In this document: piece by piece, positions 29,801 to 41,500 of the stretch
Layout: each line of letters opens with the position of its first letter
How positions within the stretch are numbered: position 1 is the first letter of the stretch
IMG/VR virus record: IMGVR_UViG_3300004460_000011
Span: 1-58,817 of that record
Length of the DNA stretch: 58,817 nt
Source of the DNA: a virus
Lineage: Duplodnaviria > Caudoviricetes
Strand: one strand, 5' to 3'
Notes under the pieces: model-generated
Told to the model about the DNA's origin: nothing
Databases searched by the model: none
The model's input: the letters and a program-made list of their open reading frames with translations, nothing else
Translations under genes and position numbers: made by a program

Positions 29801-31836
29801 CCTTTAATGAATCTATCTTGGTCACCTAGTGTTACTTTTAATAAAGCATTATTTGTATCATTTCCACCTACAAAATTCTTATTAGGATCTGTGACAGTAG
29901 TTGCAGGATATGTAGTGGTTAAATCAAATAATTCGGGATAATTAATATCCATTTTAAAATTAAGTCTATTAAACCTAGTACCACCAAATCTAGATTTAAT
30001 ATAAACAGTATCCTTATTGAATGTTGCTGTAAAAAATCTTTTATTTTCACTTATGCCTTTATTTATGGCAGATGTCATAGACTGTACAACCTCTTCTATA
30101 CTACCAAACGGATTAAAGAAATTTTGTACTGATTTACCCGGTACTGTAGCAACACTAGAATCTGCAATAACTTCACCTGTAAAATCGAAGCCATCATAAA
30201 ATTTAATTCTAACACCAGTAGGTATTTGTTCTACTCTAGGCATAGGGGAAGTAAATGTTAAAAAATCTCCCTCATTTAAATCTACTGATTGTGTAAGTAC
30301 TACAGTAGCTGTTACTGGGGTAGTTGGTGTAGCCGAAAGCCCGTTATAATTATAAACCACAGAAGTTACTTGCGTATTAAGAGGTATTACACTATTTTGA
30401 TTACTAGCATTTTCCAATGTACTTCCTACAATTATATTACCGCTTGGGTTATACAAAACAATAGGAACACCAGAACCATAATTATTTGTAGTATTAGCCG
30501 TTGCAGTTCCGTTTGATAAAGCGTTCCCACTAATTCCGCCAGTTAATTTAATATACATTTGAGCCAACCCTTCATGTTCTATTATACTCGCATTAGCAAA
30601 AGTATCTGGTTCTTGGTATCCTGCAAATAATGATATATCTACTTTAGTATCAAATAATCTTATTTGATCTTTACCCCAAATAGACCCTTTTTTAATTGTG
30701 TGAAAATCATCTTCTTTATCCTTAACATAAAATATAGACTCAACACTGTCTACTCTAGCAGGTGTAGGCAATCCTGTTATTGTTTCAGTTTTTGTAGGAT
30801 CTAAAAATAATAAAATACCTTGTTCATTTGTAATTTCAAACGGTGTATTTAAATATTGAGAAACTTCTGTTATAGTTTTTATCTTAGGTAATTGAGACTT
30901 TTCGGTATTTTTATAAAATGCTTCGCCAGATATATCAAACTTTCCTTCTTCAACCTCATTAACATACATACCAAAATATCTATTGATTGAATAGTCATTA
31001 GCAGTTGGATCATCAAATAAAAATTCTAAATTTAATAAGTTTGCTAATAAGATTCCATTATTTTCAAAACCTTGTGTAAATAAATACTCATCTTGAATAA
31101 TTGTAGAATCTAAAGTTACTAGATCTTTATATGCAAAATTACCTGAACTTGAAAAACCTCCACTTTTATAAGATATTCCATTCCATAAAATAGGCTCGTC
31201 TTTTCTCCAAGTCATAGTAAGTGGAACTTCGGGAAAGTTTTCTTGGTTTCTATAATTTCTTATGTATGAACCAAGAGGAGTACCTTCAGACAGATCAAAG
31301 GTTTTTATAGCTGTACAATTTTCTAATACTTGCTTAGTAAAATTAATAGATGTTTGTGCACTGTCGGTGCCTTCATTTTCTGAAGTTGCATTTAAATTGT
31401 TTACAGCAGCCGGGTCATCTAATCTAAAAATTACAAAAGAATTAGGAATTTGTTGATTTAACCAAAGAGGAGCTAATGTACCTAAACTTTCAGGATAGCT
31501 TTCAGATGCTATAGATCTTGTTCCTGCACAATAAAACATTTCATATTGATTACCGTATTTAGATAACACGGCATCATCTTCATATTCCTGAAATATTTCA
31601 TATGCAGATTCAGCAGGGAATTTACCAAAATTAAAAAACTTAAAAACATCTTGATCATAGGTACTAGTACCGTCTACTTTAAATGCTTTAAACTTTTGAG
31701 AAGATAGTCTTGTATTAGCACTAAACGATTCTAAGTAAATATCGGTACCATCCGACACTACTTTAACATTACCTGTTAATTTAGGATTAGTTCTAACTAA
31801 ACTATATGATGCTTTATCTAGGAGTGCTCTAGCCAT
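26839..31836 (-). CDS. Very large putative virion/baseplate protein (1665 aa)
   Basis: Uninterrupted ORF in the structural block with a late motif upstream. No motif recognised. Confidence 0.65.
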   Translation of the reverse strand: MARALLDKASYSLVRTNPKLTGNVKVVSDGTDIYLESFSANTRLSSQKFKAFKVDGTSTYDQDVFKFFNFGKFPAESAYEIFQEYEDDAVLSKYGNQYEMFYCAGTRSIASESYPESLGTLAPLWLNQQIPNSFVIFRLDDPAAVNNLNATSENEGTDSAQTSINFTKQVLENCTAIKTFDLSEGTPLGSYIRNYRNQENFPEVPLTMTWRKDEPILWNGISYKSGGFSSSGNFAYKDLVTLDSTIIQDEYLFTQGFENNGILLANLLNLEFLFDDPTANDYSINRYFGMYVNEVEEGKFDISGEAFYKNTEKSQLPKIKTITEVSQYLNTPFEITNEQGILLFLDPTKTETITGLPTPARVDSVESIFYVKDKEDDFHTIKKGSIWGKDQIRLFDTKVDISLFAGYQEPDTFANASIIEHEGLAQMYIKLTGGISGNALSNGTATANTTNNYGSGVPIVLYNPSGNIIVGSTLENASNQNSVIPLNTQVTSVVYNYNGLSATPTTPVTATVVLTQSVDLNEGDFLTFTSPMPRVEQIPTGVRIKFYDGFDFTGEVIADSSVATVPGKSVQNFFNPFGSIEEVVQSMTSAINKGISENKRFFTATFNKDTVYIKSRFGGTRFNRLNFKMDINYPELFDLTTTYPATTVTDPNKNFVGGNDTNNALLKVTLGDQDRFIKGNFVQTTGDYTQIGDWVPYTEEPIYNGLNEIIGYTDIDKYAVITCNDNQIMVTRSNQVALYSDYKPSFGRFSFFDVKDFDFDFHSNLYSQEGELIYEENHYNQTVPNLIPLQYTGVSGNPEIREFYDNGGFYNLIGLFNDAEDQNPDDEYIKSEYIRLEENFLTSQASASRIAPYINKWAWVNGGKDVRNHPYRLNVNEAFGLNNFGPSKWDKIPTASGYSQEWYYLSEFPEYFGKSAIEESWSYFDTAPTDNTEANPATGQIFVPGTFQNVNKNYFDDYFIAQRFTTGGITEIDRQLRYGRFNGGDAKNFSETFLRGVRIIAKPKAKFTEKPDFNARSLSYVPSGEFNDYRFSVMLVPNLPNKPDLQVKFIKNEKWKTVVMLISISYANKCINDDTKSIIDRTSLYSLTSNFRVNPDCSVVYDPGPPQTPKYNSTVLRGAINLLTTTGPVNNIFTVKGIPDNNGVFPKFLEDIRILENGTYGQIKFQVSGDNFVIDGISTITGNDSFLASVFTKNGNPFTLPNSSPNINLMRQATYLIGNGGINQYESVLNRATFGEIFDAVNKGNPTILYETIASDGTQVKNKDGSLAQTFGIELRAQADILKSIYVGVLPDPAKPTAFNLTDVVGYDLSLQKTPRITPIARHAGYYEPYALPLLSFRDPYMNLDFSGITASALPDDSVYKLKVLELCKYKNTQFNSADTNFGQIPNFYYHKVNEQDPSTVLELSRESAFPSLYPLINEIGIDYKDFYIFSSNWEPSYFIKSIDKSQIEPIIGTRSMLEKKSFFGSKYLKVPETIILETFEPSPFVKGAIKQPSLVNGTFMYQDQASVTINKRIIKSEGVRQIRRIKKKPSSPFVTFYLFNEKRLMEYLFTPIKEQFQKYVNELYGWGDLETLDDDVNEYIRENILKLYKIEKVDFYTLASRTKGGDTYTTAELSNVQKISNGLTLNENSASKTLNTNPFDLKLIYNKRTGFTESYGFSITIVKK

Positions 31837-31894
31837 TTATCTTTCACTTTTTTTATTTATTCACCAAAGATAAAGTTAAAATAAACTAAGACTG

Positions 31895-34800
31895 TTACTG
31901 AGTTAATGGCCCTTGCCCTCCGTCAACGTTAGTAAGAGAAAATTGTCTAGAAACTCTTGTTTGGTTTATCGAAGGTCTTAATCCTGCTACAACTTTCTCC
32001 AAATCATTTAATCCTTTAGACACTGTTGCTTTAGGGAATACATCTATACTTAATCTATCAGATCTATACTTAGCAGAAATTTCAATATCAAATTGAGAAA
32101 CATCAGCATTATTAGGATAAATATCAAAACCTATTCTTTTAGCATAAGTAAGATTAACAGTAGATCCTGAAGAATCACCTCCAATATTTCCTAAGCCACT
32201 TCCTGAAATAGTTCCAAAGTAATCAGTCATTCTATATTGAAAAACTAAAGGTACACTAATAGCATTCTGTTGTCCAAATGCAACAACCTCTCTAGATTGT
32301 GTTGCATCACCAGGAACTTGTATATTTTGATGATTATCAGAAGACATAAAAAGATAAGACCCACATGATTGTTTACCTAAAGTATATTGGTCAAAACCAT
32401 CAAATGAATTTTTAGCATTTCTACTATAACCACCTGTAATATAACCTGCTGCTGCAGGATCCCAAAGATTAGCCAAAGCAGGTGTAGTCAACGAAGGGCT
32501 AGCCTCGAACGGTTGACCCGTATCAAAACTAGGACTTAGTGTTGCAGTTAAAGCAATTAAATCTGTAAGATTTTCATTTAAATAAATTCCTTGTTGTTTA
32601 CCATATTTTGAAGTTGTAGTTAATGGTGCAAATTTACCTTGTCTAAATAATACAGCACCGGTTCCATTACCTGCTATGGTAGTACAATCAATACCTGCAC
32701 CTGGTGTAGCTGGTAATGTATTACTATCATTTGTTAGTGCAATGTAAGCATCACGATAGGCAGTATAATTAGTTAAAAATGGATGGGCAATTGATACCGT
32801 TACTACATTATCCCCACTTGGGTATGTTGCTGTAGTTGTAGGTAATCCTGCACTAGTAAATCCACCGCCCCAAATAAATTCAGTTGTTGGGCTACCTGTA
32901 GTTGTAGAGGTGGCCGAATTATAAAAATTCTCCGCAGTATCTAAATTAATAGTATACTGTGGTGCAGGGTTAGTATTAATATAACTATAAAAATTGTTCT
33001 CAGATGAAACATCAGAAAATCTACTATAAATAAATTGATTTTTATTTTGTGTAGATTGGTATGGGGGTAAAGAAACCGTTTGGCCATATTGTGTTGTAGA
33101 TGTAACATCAGGGTTTGTTAATAATATAGCAGTAAGATCATACTTTCTAATAGTATTATAATCTACATCATCTCCTCGGTACGTAGCCCTATCATCAGAC
33201 TGATTGGTTGCACTATTATCTAACCAGGAATAAGTTGCTGGTAAAATAGTAGAACCACTATCTATTGCTCCAGTATTTACGGCATAAGATGCGGGGTCTT
33301 CAGATTGTCTAACCATTCTTGTTCTACTACCTGAAACTCTAGCAATTAATTGTAATGGTGTTTGTGAAGTATTTGCAATATTAATAAAATATGTTTTAGA
33401 AATCACAGCTCCTCTAGGATCATCTAAACCATCAACCTCTTGTGAATAAAACCCAGCAAATATTTTAGTAACTGCATTCCTTCTTAATTTATAAGTATTA
33501 CCACCATCATCAACTAGAGTAGTATTCATTTCACCTTGAGCATTATTTAATATTTCAGCAAATAAATCCAATTGGTTTTGCATCTCGTTTAATTTAGTAA
33601 ATAAATCAATCGGCGTTTGGTTTTCTGATAAAAAACCAGATGCAATAACTGGAGATGAATGAGCAAAATATGTTTCATTAGCAGTAAAAGAACTACTTAA
33701 GTGAGTAGGTAATCCGATAGACTCTAAATTTTCATTTAATGCAACTAATGCTAAGTCTTCTTGATTTTGTGCTAAGATAGCTTCAATAGCACTATCTGAA
33801 CTTAAGTCTGCTGGAAATTCTACTCTAATTGCAGTGCTATATTCACTCTCTAATGGATTTGATGGCCAACCTGCTTCTGAGATTGACTTAACTTGTATTT
33901 CTACCTGTTCACCCTTTCTAATTGGAATATCTAATTGGTTAATATTAACTGAATCTGCATTATCATCATCAATAGCAGCCCATTCATATAAACCAGTTAT
34001 ATTATTTTTTGTTCTAGGTCTTAGCACACTGTCTACTATTACATAATTAGAAAATGCACCTTGGCTTGTACCGCTCCCATCAGTATAAGTAAATTGATTA
34101 ACAGGATTAGCTGCACCATCAGCAGAAAGATATCTATAACGATACTTAAATTTTATTATATCTTGAACTCCTGTTTCTGGCGCCGATTTTTCTTCAGGCA
34201 TTGACCAAAATCCTCGAACTCTATATTTAGGAGTTATACTGTTTACTGAATTATCAGAAGCGGAAGCATCAATTTCAGTTACTACAGATGCATATAATTT
34301 GGATTGAGATGCCCTCTCTGTGATTAAACCTTGTAAAGCATTTTTATCAGCATCTCTTTCAACTTCAGTAGTATAATTAGTTGTTTGTATCTTTGTTCTA
34401 CTTTGTGAAATTGCAACATCTAATTCTGATAATGTAGCTTGTATAGTACTCTTTTGGTTATTTAAATCTTTAAGTTGGACAATGGCATCCGAATTACTTA
34501 CTTGCCCATTTATAAGAGATACTGTAAAATCATCAGATGATAACACTGGAGTATTAGGAGTTAATCCTTCTCTACTAGTTGGAATTTTATCTTGTGCAAA
34601 TGATAATAAATATCTCCCAAAGTCAACTGCGCTTTGTTGATAATAATCAGCTAAACTTTGTTGGTTTCCGCTTTGGTCAATTGTATTTAAATCGTTTGTA
34701 TAAAATCCACTACCTGGAGAATAATTAACTGCGGGTATTTTAGAATCTGGGTCTATCGGTTTAATAAAGGTTACGCACCTTTCATTAAATCCTACCGTAA

Positions 34801-35758
34801 CATCAACTTCTAATAAATTATTTAAAGAAGAACCTATTTTTAAAACATCAGCACCAATACTTATTGTTCTAGAACCTTCTTGCAATCTTACAGTAACAGA
34901 ATTTGTACTAGAATCAATTTGGGTAACTGTGTATCTCGTATCAATAGGTGTAGATACAACCTCTAGACTATCTCCTACTTTTAATTGAACAGTATCTGCA
35001 AAATCAGCTTCTGAATCAGTATAGAATATTTTGTTAAGTTTATATAATTTTTGAACAGTAGTTTCTTCTACACCATTTATAGTTTCTGTAACACTTTCTT
35101 CACCAATTCTAATTACACTGAATTTTCCTGAATATCTTTTCTCTCTTGGTGGTAAATCTACCACTGCTTCATCTAAAACATATGATATGTTTTTTTCTAC
35201 AATCTCCTGTAAAAAAGTATCATAATCTATGTTAGGATTTCCATTATAAGAAGAATCAAAAAAGTTAATTTTAGATTGAGAATTAGTATCTAAAATATAT
35301 CTTTGTATAATTGCCCTTTCAGTATCAATAGGAGCCTGTCCTGTAATATCAAAAGAAACATATAATAAAGGATTAATTAATTCTTCAAAAAACCAATTAG
35401 GTTTTATGTTAAATTCTGTAACAGAATTTAAAGAAGTTAGATCTAATGCCTCTGTTGGTAGTTTGGCTAATACTAATTTTCTAAAAGTTCCATCAGGTAA
35501 TCTTATAGAACTATCAGCATCATTAAAATTAGTTAAAGTATTAATATTAGTATTTAATCTATCAACAGAATTTTTAAGAAAACCAAAACTCGGAATAGTA
35601 AGCCTAGCATTAGTACCATCATTATTTTGAATATTAACAGTTACAGAATCCCGGCTTGAGGTAATAGCTTGATTAACTTTCTCAAAGCTTTCTAATGAAT
35701 TATTAAAAAGTCTTAAAAGCTCTGGTAGTAAAGTTTGTATTGAATTATTTTCAGCCAT
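31895..35758 (-). CDS. Large putative virion protein with coiled-coil and beta-sandwich regions (1287 aa)
   Basis: Uninterrupted ORF with heptad segments. Confidence 0.65.
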   Translation of the reverse strand: MAENNSIQTLLPELLRLFNNSLESFEKVNQAITSSRDSVTVNIQNNDGTNARLTIPSFGFLKNSVDRLNTNINTLTNFNDADSSIRLPDGTFRKLVLAKLPTEALDLTSLNSVTEFNIKPNWFFEELINPLLYVSFDITGQAPIDTERAIIQRYILDTNSQSKINFFDSSYNGNPNIDYDTFLQEIVEKNISYVLDEAVVDLPPREKRYSGKFSVIRIGEESVTETINGVEETTVQKLYKLNKIFYTDSEADFADTVQLKVGDSLEVVSTPIDTRYTVTQIDSSTNSVTVRLQEGSRTISIGADVLKIGSSLNNLLEVDVTVGFNERCVTFIKPIDPDSKIPAVNYSPGSGFYTNDLNTIDQSGNQQSLADYYQQSAVDFGRYLLSFAQDKIPTSREGLTPNTPVLSSDDFTVSLINGQVSNSDAIVQLKDLNNQKSTIQATLSELDVAISQSRTKIQTTNYTTEVERDADKNALQGLITERASQSKLYASVVTEIDASASDNSVNSITPKYRVRGFWSMPEEKSAPETGVQDIIKFKYRYRYLSADGAANPVNQFTYTDGSGTSQGAFSNYVIVDSVLRPRTKNNITGLYEWAAIDDDNADSVNINQLDIPIRKGEQVEIQVKSISEAGWPSNPLESEYSTAIRVEFPADLSSDSAIEAILAQNQEDLALVALNENLESIGLPTHLSSSFTANETYFAHSSPVIASGFLSENQTPIDLFTKLNEMQNQLDLFAEILNNAQGEMNTTLVDDGGNTYKLRRNAVTKIFAGFYSQEVDGLDDPRGAVISKTYFINIANTSQTPLQLIARVSGSRTRMVRQSEDPASYAVNTGAIDSGSTILPATYSWLDNSATNQSDDRATYRGDDVDYNTIRKYDLTAILLTNPDVTSTTQYGQTVSLPPYQSTQNKNQFIYSRFSDVSSENNFYSYINTNPAPQYTINLDTAENFYNSATSTTTGSPTTEFIWGGGFTSAGLPTTTATYPSGDNVVTVSIAHPFLTNYTAYRDAYIALTNDSNTLPATPGAGIDCTTIAGNGTGAVLFRQGKFAPLTTTSKYGKQQGIYLNENLTDLIALTATLSPSFDTGQPFEASPSLTTPALANLWDPAAAGYITGGYSRNAKNSFDGFDQYTLGKQSCGSYLFMSSDNHQNIQVPGDATQSREVVAFGQQNAISVPLVFQYRMTDYFGTISGSGLGNIGGDSSGSTVNLTYAKRIGFDIYPNNADVSQFDIEISAKYRSDRLSIDVFPKATVSKGLNDLEKVVAGLRPSINQTRVSRQFSLTNVDGGQGPLTQ

Positions 35759-35780
35759 TTTTGGTTTTACTTTTTATTAT

Positions 35781-37901
35781 TTATTTAATACAGTCATACG
35801 TAAAATTTAGAACACCTTGCTCTGTACAAATTATATCAATGATAGGAATATTACTAATTACTGAATTAGGAATAGTAACTGCTAATTTGCCAAACGAGCC
35901 TGTATTCAGTCTACTTGGTGAATCAGTATATATTTTTATATCTCTTGAACTCATTAAGGGAACATTATTAAATGTTAATCGTACCACTTGGCCAGTTGTC
36001 CATTGAATATTAGTATCATCGATGTATATACTTAAATCACCAGCAGCTTCATTTATTGTATCTAATCTTAGCATATTGGTATAAGTTCTTAACTCAGTGA
36101 CTACTTGCGGAGCAACTACATTTAAATTCAAAGGATTGGTTAATGTTATTTGTACACCACCATCGTCTAAAGGAACCATAAAATTATATGCCTGTACATT
36201 ATTAGATATTTGAATCTGATTAGGTGTATTAGTATCAACTGTTATTCCTCTTCCTTGTCTAACAACATCTGTATTATATTGTAATGTAGTAGCAACCTCA
36301 CCATTAGCCAATGCTTGGATTTCATCAGAATTCTTAGCAATTAAATCTAATAATGTAGTACTACTTGCAAAAGCTAACGATGCGTTATCAATTTGTGTTT
36401 GTAAATTATTAATTTGTGATTGTAAAAATGCTGATGTGCTAACTGAATTTAAAGAATTTTCTACTGAATTTAATCTGGTTTGTATATCTGTTAATTCTAG
36501 TTGTTGAGTTTGGAATATTTGAGCAGATGCTTGTAGCTGTGCAGATGCATCTGAAAATAATCCCATAGAAAAAGTATTATAATCATTCACTATTGTATCA
36601 ATACCTGCAGTTCCAGGTGAAGCATCAAATCTTAAATTAATTTTAAATCCATAACTATTACCGTTTTGGCCAGTTACAAGATTAGGTTTATATTTTGGGT
36701 ATCTTTGAATATAACCACCGTCAGTTGTAGGTGTTATATTATCTAAGATTAAAATACCATATAAGTTAGTTTTTGTTTTAGAAGAATCGCTTAAGTCTAC
36801 CATATCATAATAAACTAAGACTGAATTAAATTCAAAGGATTCTGCTAAATCAGTTCCATTAAATTGAGGTATAGTACTTATTGTACCATCTTGTACAATT
36901 TGTTGGTAATCATTAGGATTAAAATCTACACTAATACCATCTAATTGGCTTCTTACATATGCAGAGCCTGAATAACCTGATGGATTATTGTAATCAGCAG
37001 GATATTTTCTAATGTCAGCATTTAATGCGCTAGTAAATGTAGTAGGTTCTGTAAAATAAGCATCAGCTGCATTAACACTTGTAGCAGGACCTAATCCCAT
37101 CCAATCAGCATCAGGATCAGTATAACCCGCAGGGCCGGCTCCTTGTAACTGTTGATCATAATCATAATAAGCAAATATATCTAATCCTTGCGGATGAACA
37201 GTTGCACTGTTCCTCCCCATGATATACTCATCTTTTCCTTGTATTTTTAAAGACGGTTGGTAATTCGTATCAGATATAGAATCAAAGAGTATTGTAGGTG
37301 TTCTACCAACCTCAGTGGGCACATTAATGTATAATTCTGTATAAGCCTCTCCTGCTTTATCAACATTGTTAACAATATCTATTTCACCAATATATCTAAC
37401 AACCCTTCTATACTGTCTTGTTCCACTAGTTACTTCATCTTCTTCAACAAATCTAGGTGTTGTTATACTACTGGCTTTTTCTAATACAGTAGCTTCTCGA
37501 AATCGCATAGCACCAGTTTCCTTTAACCATTTAAAAAATACTCTTTCACTTACAGATAAGTTTGTAGTATTATCATAATTAACATCACTAATAATAAGTT
37601 CTTCTAAGTTCAGCGCGTAATTTTGAAGACTTTCAGTAAAGTTAACATTAGGATCACCTTTTAATCCACCATTCCAAATTGATCCATCAATAGTATCAAA
37701 TTGCATATAATTTTGGTATTGGCTAAATGTTGTGGGATCTAATCTATCCATATCTGGTAGATTAAGAAGCACAAACTTAGAAAAGACTAATTTTAACTCA
37801 TCATTATTTAGAGTTCTAGATAAGTCTTTAGCAGATGAAGAAAACGTGTAAAATGTTCCTCCGTCTGCTTGCGGTGTTCTAATTAAGGGCGTTGTTGCCA
37901 T
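35781..37901 (-). CDS. Putative virion structural protein with coiled coil (706 aa)
   Basis: Uninterrupted ORF with LQSQINNLQTQID heptads. Confidence 0.65.
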   Translation of the reverse strand: MATTPLIRTPQADGGTFYTFSSSAKDLSRTLNNDELKLVFSKFVLLNLPDMDRLDPTTFSQYQNYMQFDTIDGSIWNGGLKGDPNVNFTESLQNYALNLEELIISDVNYDNTTNLSVSERVFFKWLKETGAMRFREATVLEKASSITTPRFVEEDEVTSGTRQYRRVVRYIGEIDIVNNVDKAGEAYTELYINVPTEVGRTPTILFDSISDTNYQPSLKIQGKDEYIMGRNSATVHPQGLDIFAYYDYDQQLQGAGPAGYTDPDADWMGLGPATSVNAADAYFTEPTTFTSALNADIRKYPADYNNPSGYSGSAYVRSQLDGISVDFNPNDYQQIVQDGTISTIPQFNGTDLAESFEFNSVLVYYDMVDLSDSSKTKTNLYGILILDNITPTTDGGYIQRYPKYKPNLVTGQNGNSYGFKINLRFDASPGTAGIDTIVNDYNTFSMGLFSDASAQLQASAQIFQTQQLELTDIQTRLNSVENSLNSVSTSAFLQSQINNLQTQIDNASLAFASSTTLLDLIAKNSDEIQALANGEVATTLQYNTDVVRQGRGITVDTNTPNQIQISNNVQAYNFMVPLDDGGVQITLTNPLNLNVVAPQVVTELRTYTNMLRLDTINEAAGDLSIYIDDTNIQWTTGQVVRLTFNNVPLMSSRDIKIYTDSPSRLNTGSFGKLAVTIPNSVISNIPIIDIICTEQGVLNFTYDCIK

Positions 37902-37923
37902 GAATATTTTATTTCTTTAATTG

Positions 37924-38568
37924 TTATGCTATTGTATATCCGTTTCCTCCAATAATAAACCAAATAGGTAAACCTGATCCATTGTCAATTGCTAAAAGAT
38001 GTACACTCTGTCCTACTTTATTTAATGTTATTGTATCATTAGTTCCAGTTGTTACTATGTTATTATTATAAGGAGTAATTACTACATTACCACTTCCTTC
38101 ACTACACATGAAGAAAATTTCTTGCCCAATACTTCCATTAAATAATTGTAAATTTAAATTAGAAGTAATATCTGTATTACCACACCTATTTATAGTATAA
38201 GCGGGTATTGCAGTACTAGTTCCAACACTGATAGCCATTCCTGACCCAGCAGTAGTATCATTAAGAGATGTTGGGTTTGTATCATTTTTGAATACGCCGC
38301 CACCTGTCATGTTTAAATTTCCAGTCATCTTAACATTTGTTAAGATATCAAAAGTACTAGAATTAATATCTAAAAGAATAGTGCTTAAACCTACTCTCAA
38401 TGCTTCTGTAGATACATTATTTAAATTAGTGATAGTACCTGCAGCTGGTGCAAAATATACCTCCATTGCATTAATTTCACTAGCAAGAACATTAAAGTTA
38501 TCGTTAATTACTAACCTTGATCCTGATAAAGAATCGGTTCCTAAAATTTCTGTTACGCTGATTGCCAT
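37924..38568 (-). CDS. Short fibre/baseplate-attached protein (214 aa)
   Basis: N-terminus GTDSLSGSRLVINDNFNVL (gp9/gp10-like), shared with the 860-aa ORF. Confidence 0.6.
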   Translation of the reverse strand: MAISVTEILGTDSLSGSRLVINDNFNVLASEINAMEVYFAPAAGTITNLNNVSTEALRVGLSTILLDINSSTFDILTNVKMTGNLNMTGGGVFKNDTNPTSLNDTTAGSGMAISVGTSTAIPAYTINRCGNTDITSNLNLQLFNGSIGQEIFFMCSEGSGNVVITPYNNNIVTTGTNDTITLNKVGQSVHLLAIDNGSGLPIWFIIGGNGYTIA

Positions 38569-38569
38569 T

Positions 38570-41500
38570 TTATTTTGTTTGTTTTATATTTAAGATATTT
38601 CTACCTTTTTTATATTTATTCCCATTCGTATCCGTAAGTTCTAATGTTATCATATACTTTCCTGGGTCTTTAAAAAGATATGTTAGATACTTGCTTTCAA
38701 AATATATATCCGCCACTGATGAGTTAGTAGTATTAGAGATAGTCCATCTAGGCGCTTCTTTACCTGCTATTCTACATTTATCATAGACAAACATTGCCCA
38801 TGTCATCGGTGGTAATACTTTACCGTCATTAATAAACTTAGCAGTTCCCCATGTAGGATTACTAGTTATACTTTGGCTTGATTTATAGATTCTACTTGCA
38901 CAACCTTGAGATCCAGTAGCATTTGCGCAAATCCTTTGCCCATCTACATCTACAAAATCTACAGATTTAAAATCACCAAATTTACCATAATATCTGGATA
39001 CTGCTTGTATAAACATTTGATTATTTGATGAATCTAAAACAAGGTTATATATGTATTTATTAATAATAGAATTTGTGCTAACATTTAATTGATCAGCAGC
39101 ATCTTCCAATGTTAAAACTGTATTGTCAAAATATTCGATACCTTCTTGGTTTTTTTCATCAATTATTTTTAAATAAGTATTAGGTGCTATTTCACTAAAC
39201 TGAAAAAATGCAGGAGTATCTCCTGTTGTAGCTGTCATATCCCACCACAAATGATATGTATTATCCCAATCACAAGATTTAGTATTTAAATTTTGCCACT
39301 GATACGGTCCACTAAAACTAGCCTTTCCGTTGCTTTGATAATTTAATAACTGAAAGTCAGTTGATGTTCCGATACCGAAGGTGTTTAAAATAGCATTAAC
39401 TCTGTCAAGAGATTCATATAAACTTGGGGTTTCTTCATCCCATGTAGTAGTAGGGCTTATTGGAACATCCCATAAAGATCCATAATTCTTCCAGGTATAA
39501 ATTCCTTCACTACTCCAAGTATAAAATTTCTTTTGTGATTGATACCAACCTGAATATTCTACTTCTCTACCTTCAACACAAATAGCACTATTTTTAACGC
39601 TTGATGAAATATTATTATATAAATCAAATAATTTCATTTCAACATTATAATTTCCAACATAAGGTAAAGTTATAGGTAAAGTTCCATATTTACCAACCGA
39701 TCCTCTTACATTAAAATAATAAGCTGGGGAAATGTCAGACGCATCTTTATAAATAGTCCATTCTATTTCTGTAAAATTACCAGACTCTATACCATCCCAG
39801 GTAAATAAAGTTTCTCCAGGTAATTGTATTTCTGTAAATTGTCCACCGCTTGCAGCATTGGCTAAAGTTACACTAGGTACAAATCTATTAACATCATTAC
39901 CATAACACCTAATGCATGGTCCTATATCATTTGTAACCTGAAACCAATCAAACCACAACCAAGGATCCGTTTGTAAATTTTTTAATGCAACTACTTGATT
40001 AAATAAAGATGTAGTTACTGTTTGTAAAGTATCTCCGTTAACAACGGTATGGCTTACGCTAGTGTTTGTAGCAGGATCGCTTAATTTATAAACATCTCCT
40101 AAATCTAAGCAGCCTTGTACATTAAAATCAAAAGTAAAGAAATCATTAGCATTTGTTACTTGGTCCCATGTACTATCAATATTATTCCATGTTATATTAT
40201 TAAAACTATCATTTGTTAATGTTACCAAAGCCCCTACCTTAATCCCTGGTTGATCAGGTAAATACTGAGAAGAATATCCTGGTTTATATAATGATTGGTT
40301 TTTAGTTAAATTAGGTGCATATCTAGAAAAGTAAGCTGCATATACGCCAGCCACGTCTTGAACAGAAACATTGCCACCATTTTGTAAAGCACCTAGTACA
40401 CTGTTTACATCTGGCCCAATTGGTGCCGGAGGTAAAATTTCACCTGGAGTATATGGACCTACAATCATATTTTGCCCAACTGCAGTTGTTCCTGCTGTTA
40501 AAGGTGCAACATAAGCATTACAGTATGCAACAATAGCATCACCAACAACAGCAGCTTTTTCCAAACAAAATTTATCAAATTGTCTAAGATCTTCTATATA
40601 GGTACAATTACTAGGGGCTACTTTAAAATCGGTATTAATGCCTGCTTTAATTGTATTAGTATCATTTCTACTTATTGTATTAGTTACCTCCAATAAGCCG
40701 AAGAAATCAGCCTCTGCTGTAATTCCTTTAATGTGAGCATTAAGTGGAAGATATTCATTTTCTAATTTTCTTTTTAACCCAAATAATTTAATTAAAATTT
40801 CTTCAATAGTAAAATCCTGTAATTCTTCAGTTATTGGCAAATCTTCATCAGTAAATTTATTTGGTACAATCCTATTAATTCTATAAATAAGACTAAACAT
40901 ACTGGTCTTCCTAAAGTTTTTATTTGGTAATGTTATTTTTTTGTCATCAAATTGAACAGTAGGCGAAAATAAATCAACAGTATTACTTTGAATATACTTT
41001 CCAAACTGTGGCGAATTGGCATTTACATTTTTCCAAAATTCTTTTAATTTTAAATTATCATAACCAAAAAACTTTATAGCATTTATTAAACCTTTGTAGG
41101 AGCCTATAAAAGGGTATATGTTATTACCCTCCATCATAATTTCTTTACGCTTAAGATTAATTTCTACGTAATCAGGTAATGCTTCCTTTAAATTAGTATC
41201 TCTAAAGACATCACTATCAGAAGCAATAACGCTATACCCCATATTTTGAGTCATAACTCTTAATCTCTCATCTTCTTCAATGCTCTCTGCGTAAACAGTA
41301 AATTCTGCCACAACAGTATTGGTGCATTCATCAGTAATAATTAATTTTCTCTTATAAGTATTTTCAAAAGGCGAGGAAAATGTAATATTTATTTGTAAAG
41401 CTTCTGATCTAATTTTATTAGTAACAATAAAACCATCAGGATCTATTGTTTGATTTTCATCATAGCCTAATGGTGCAATTAAATCATCTACCTTTATCAA

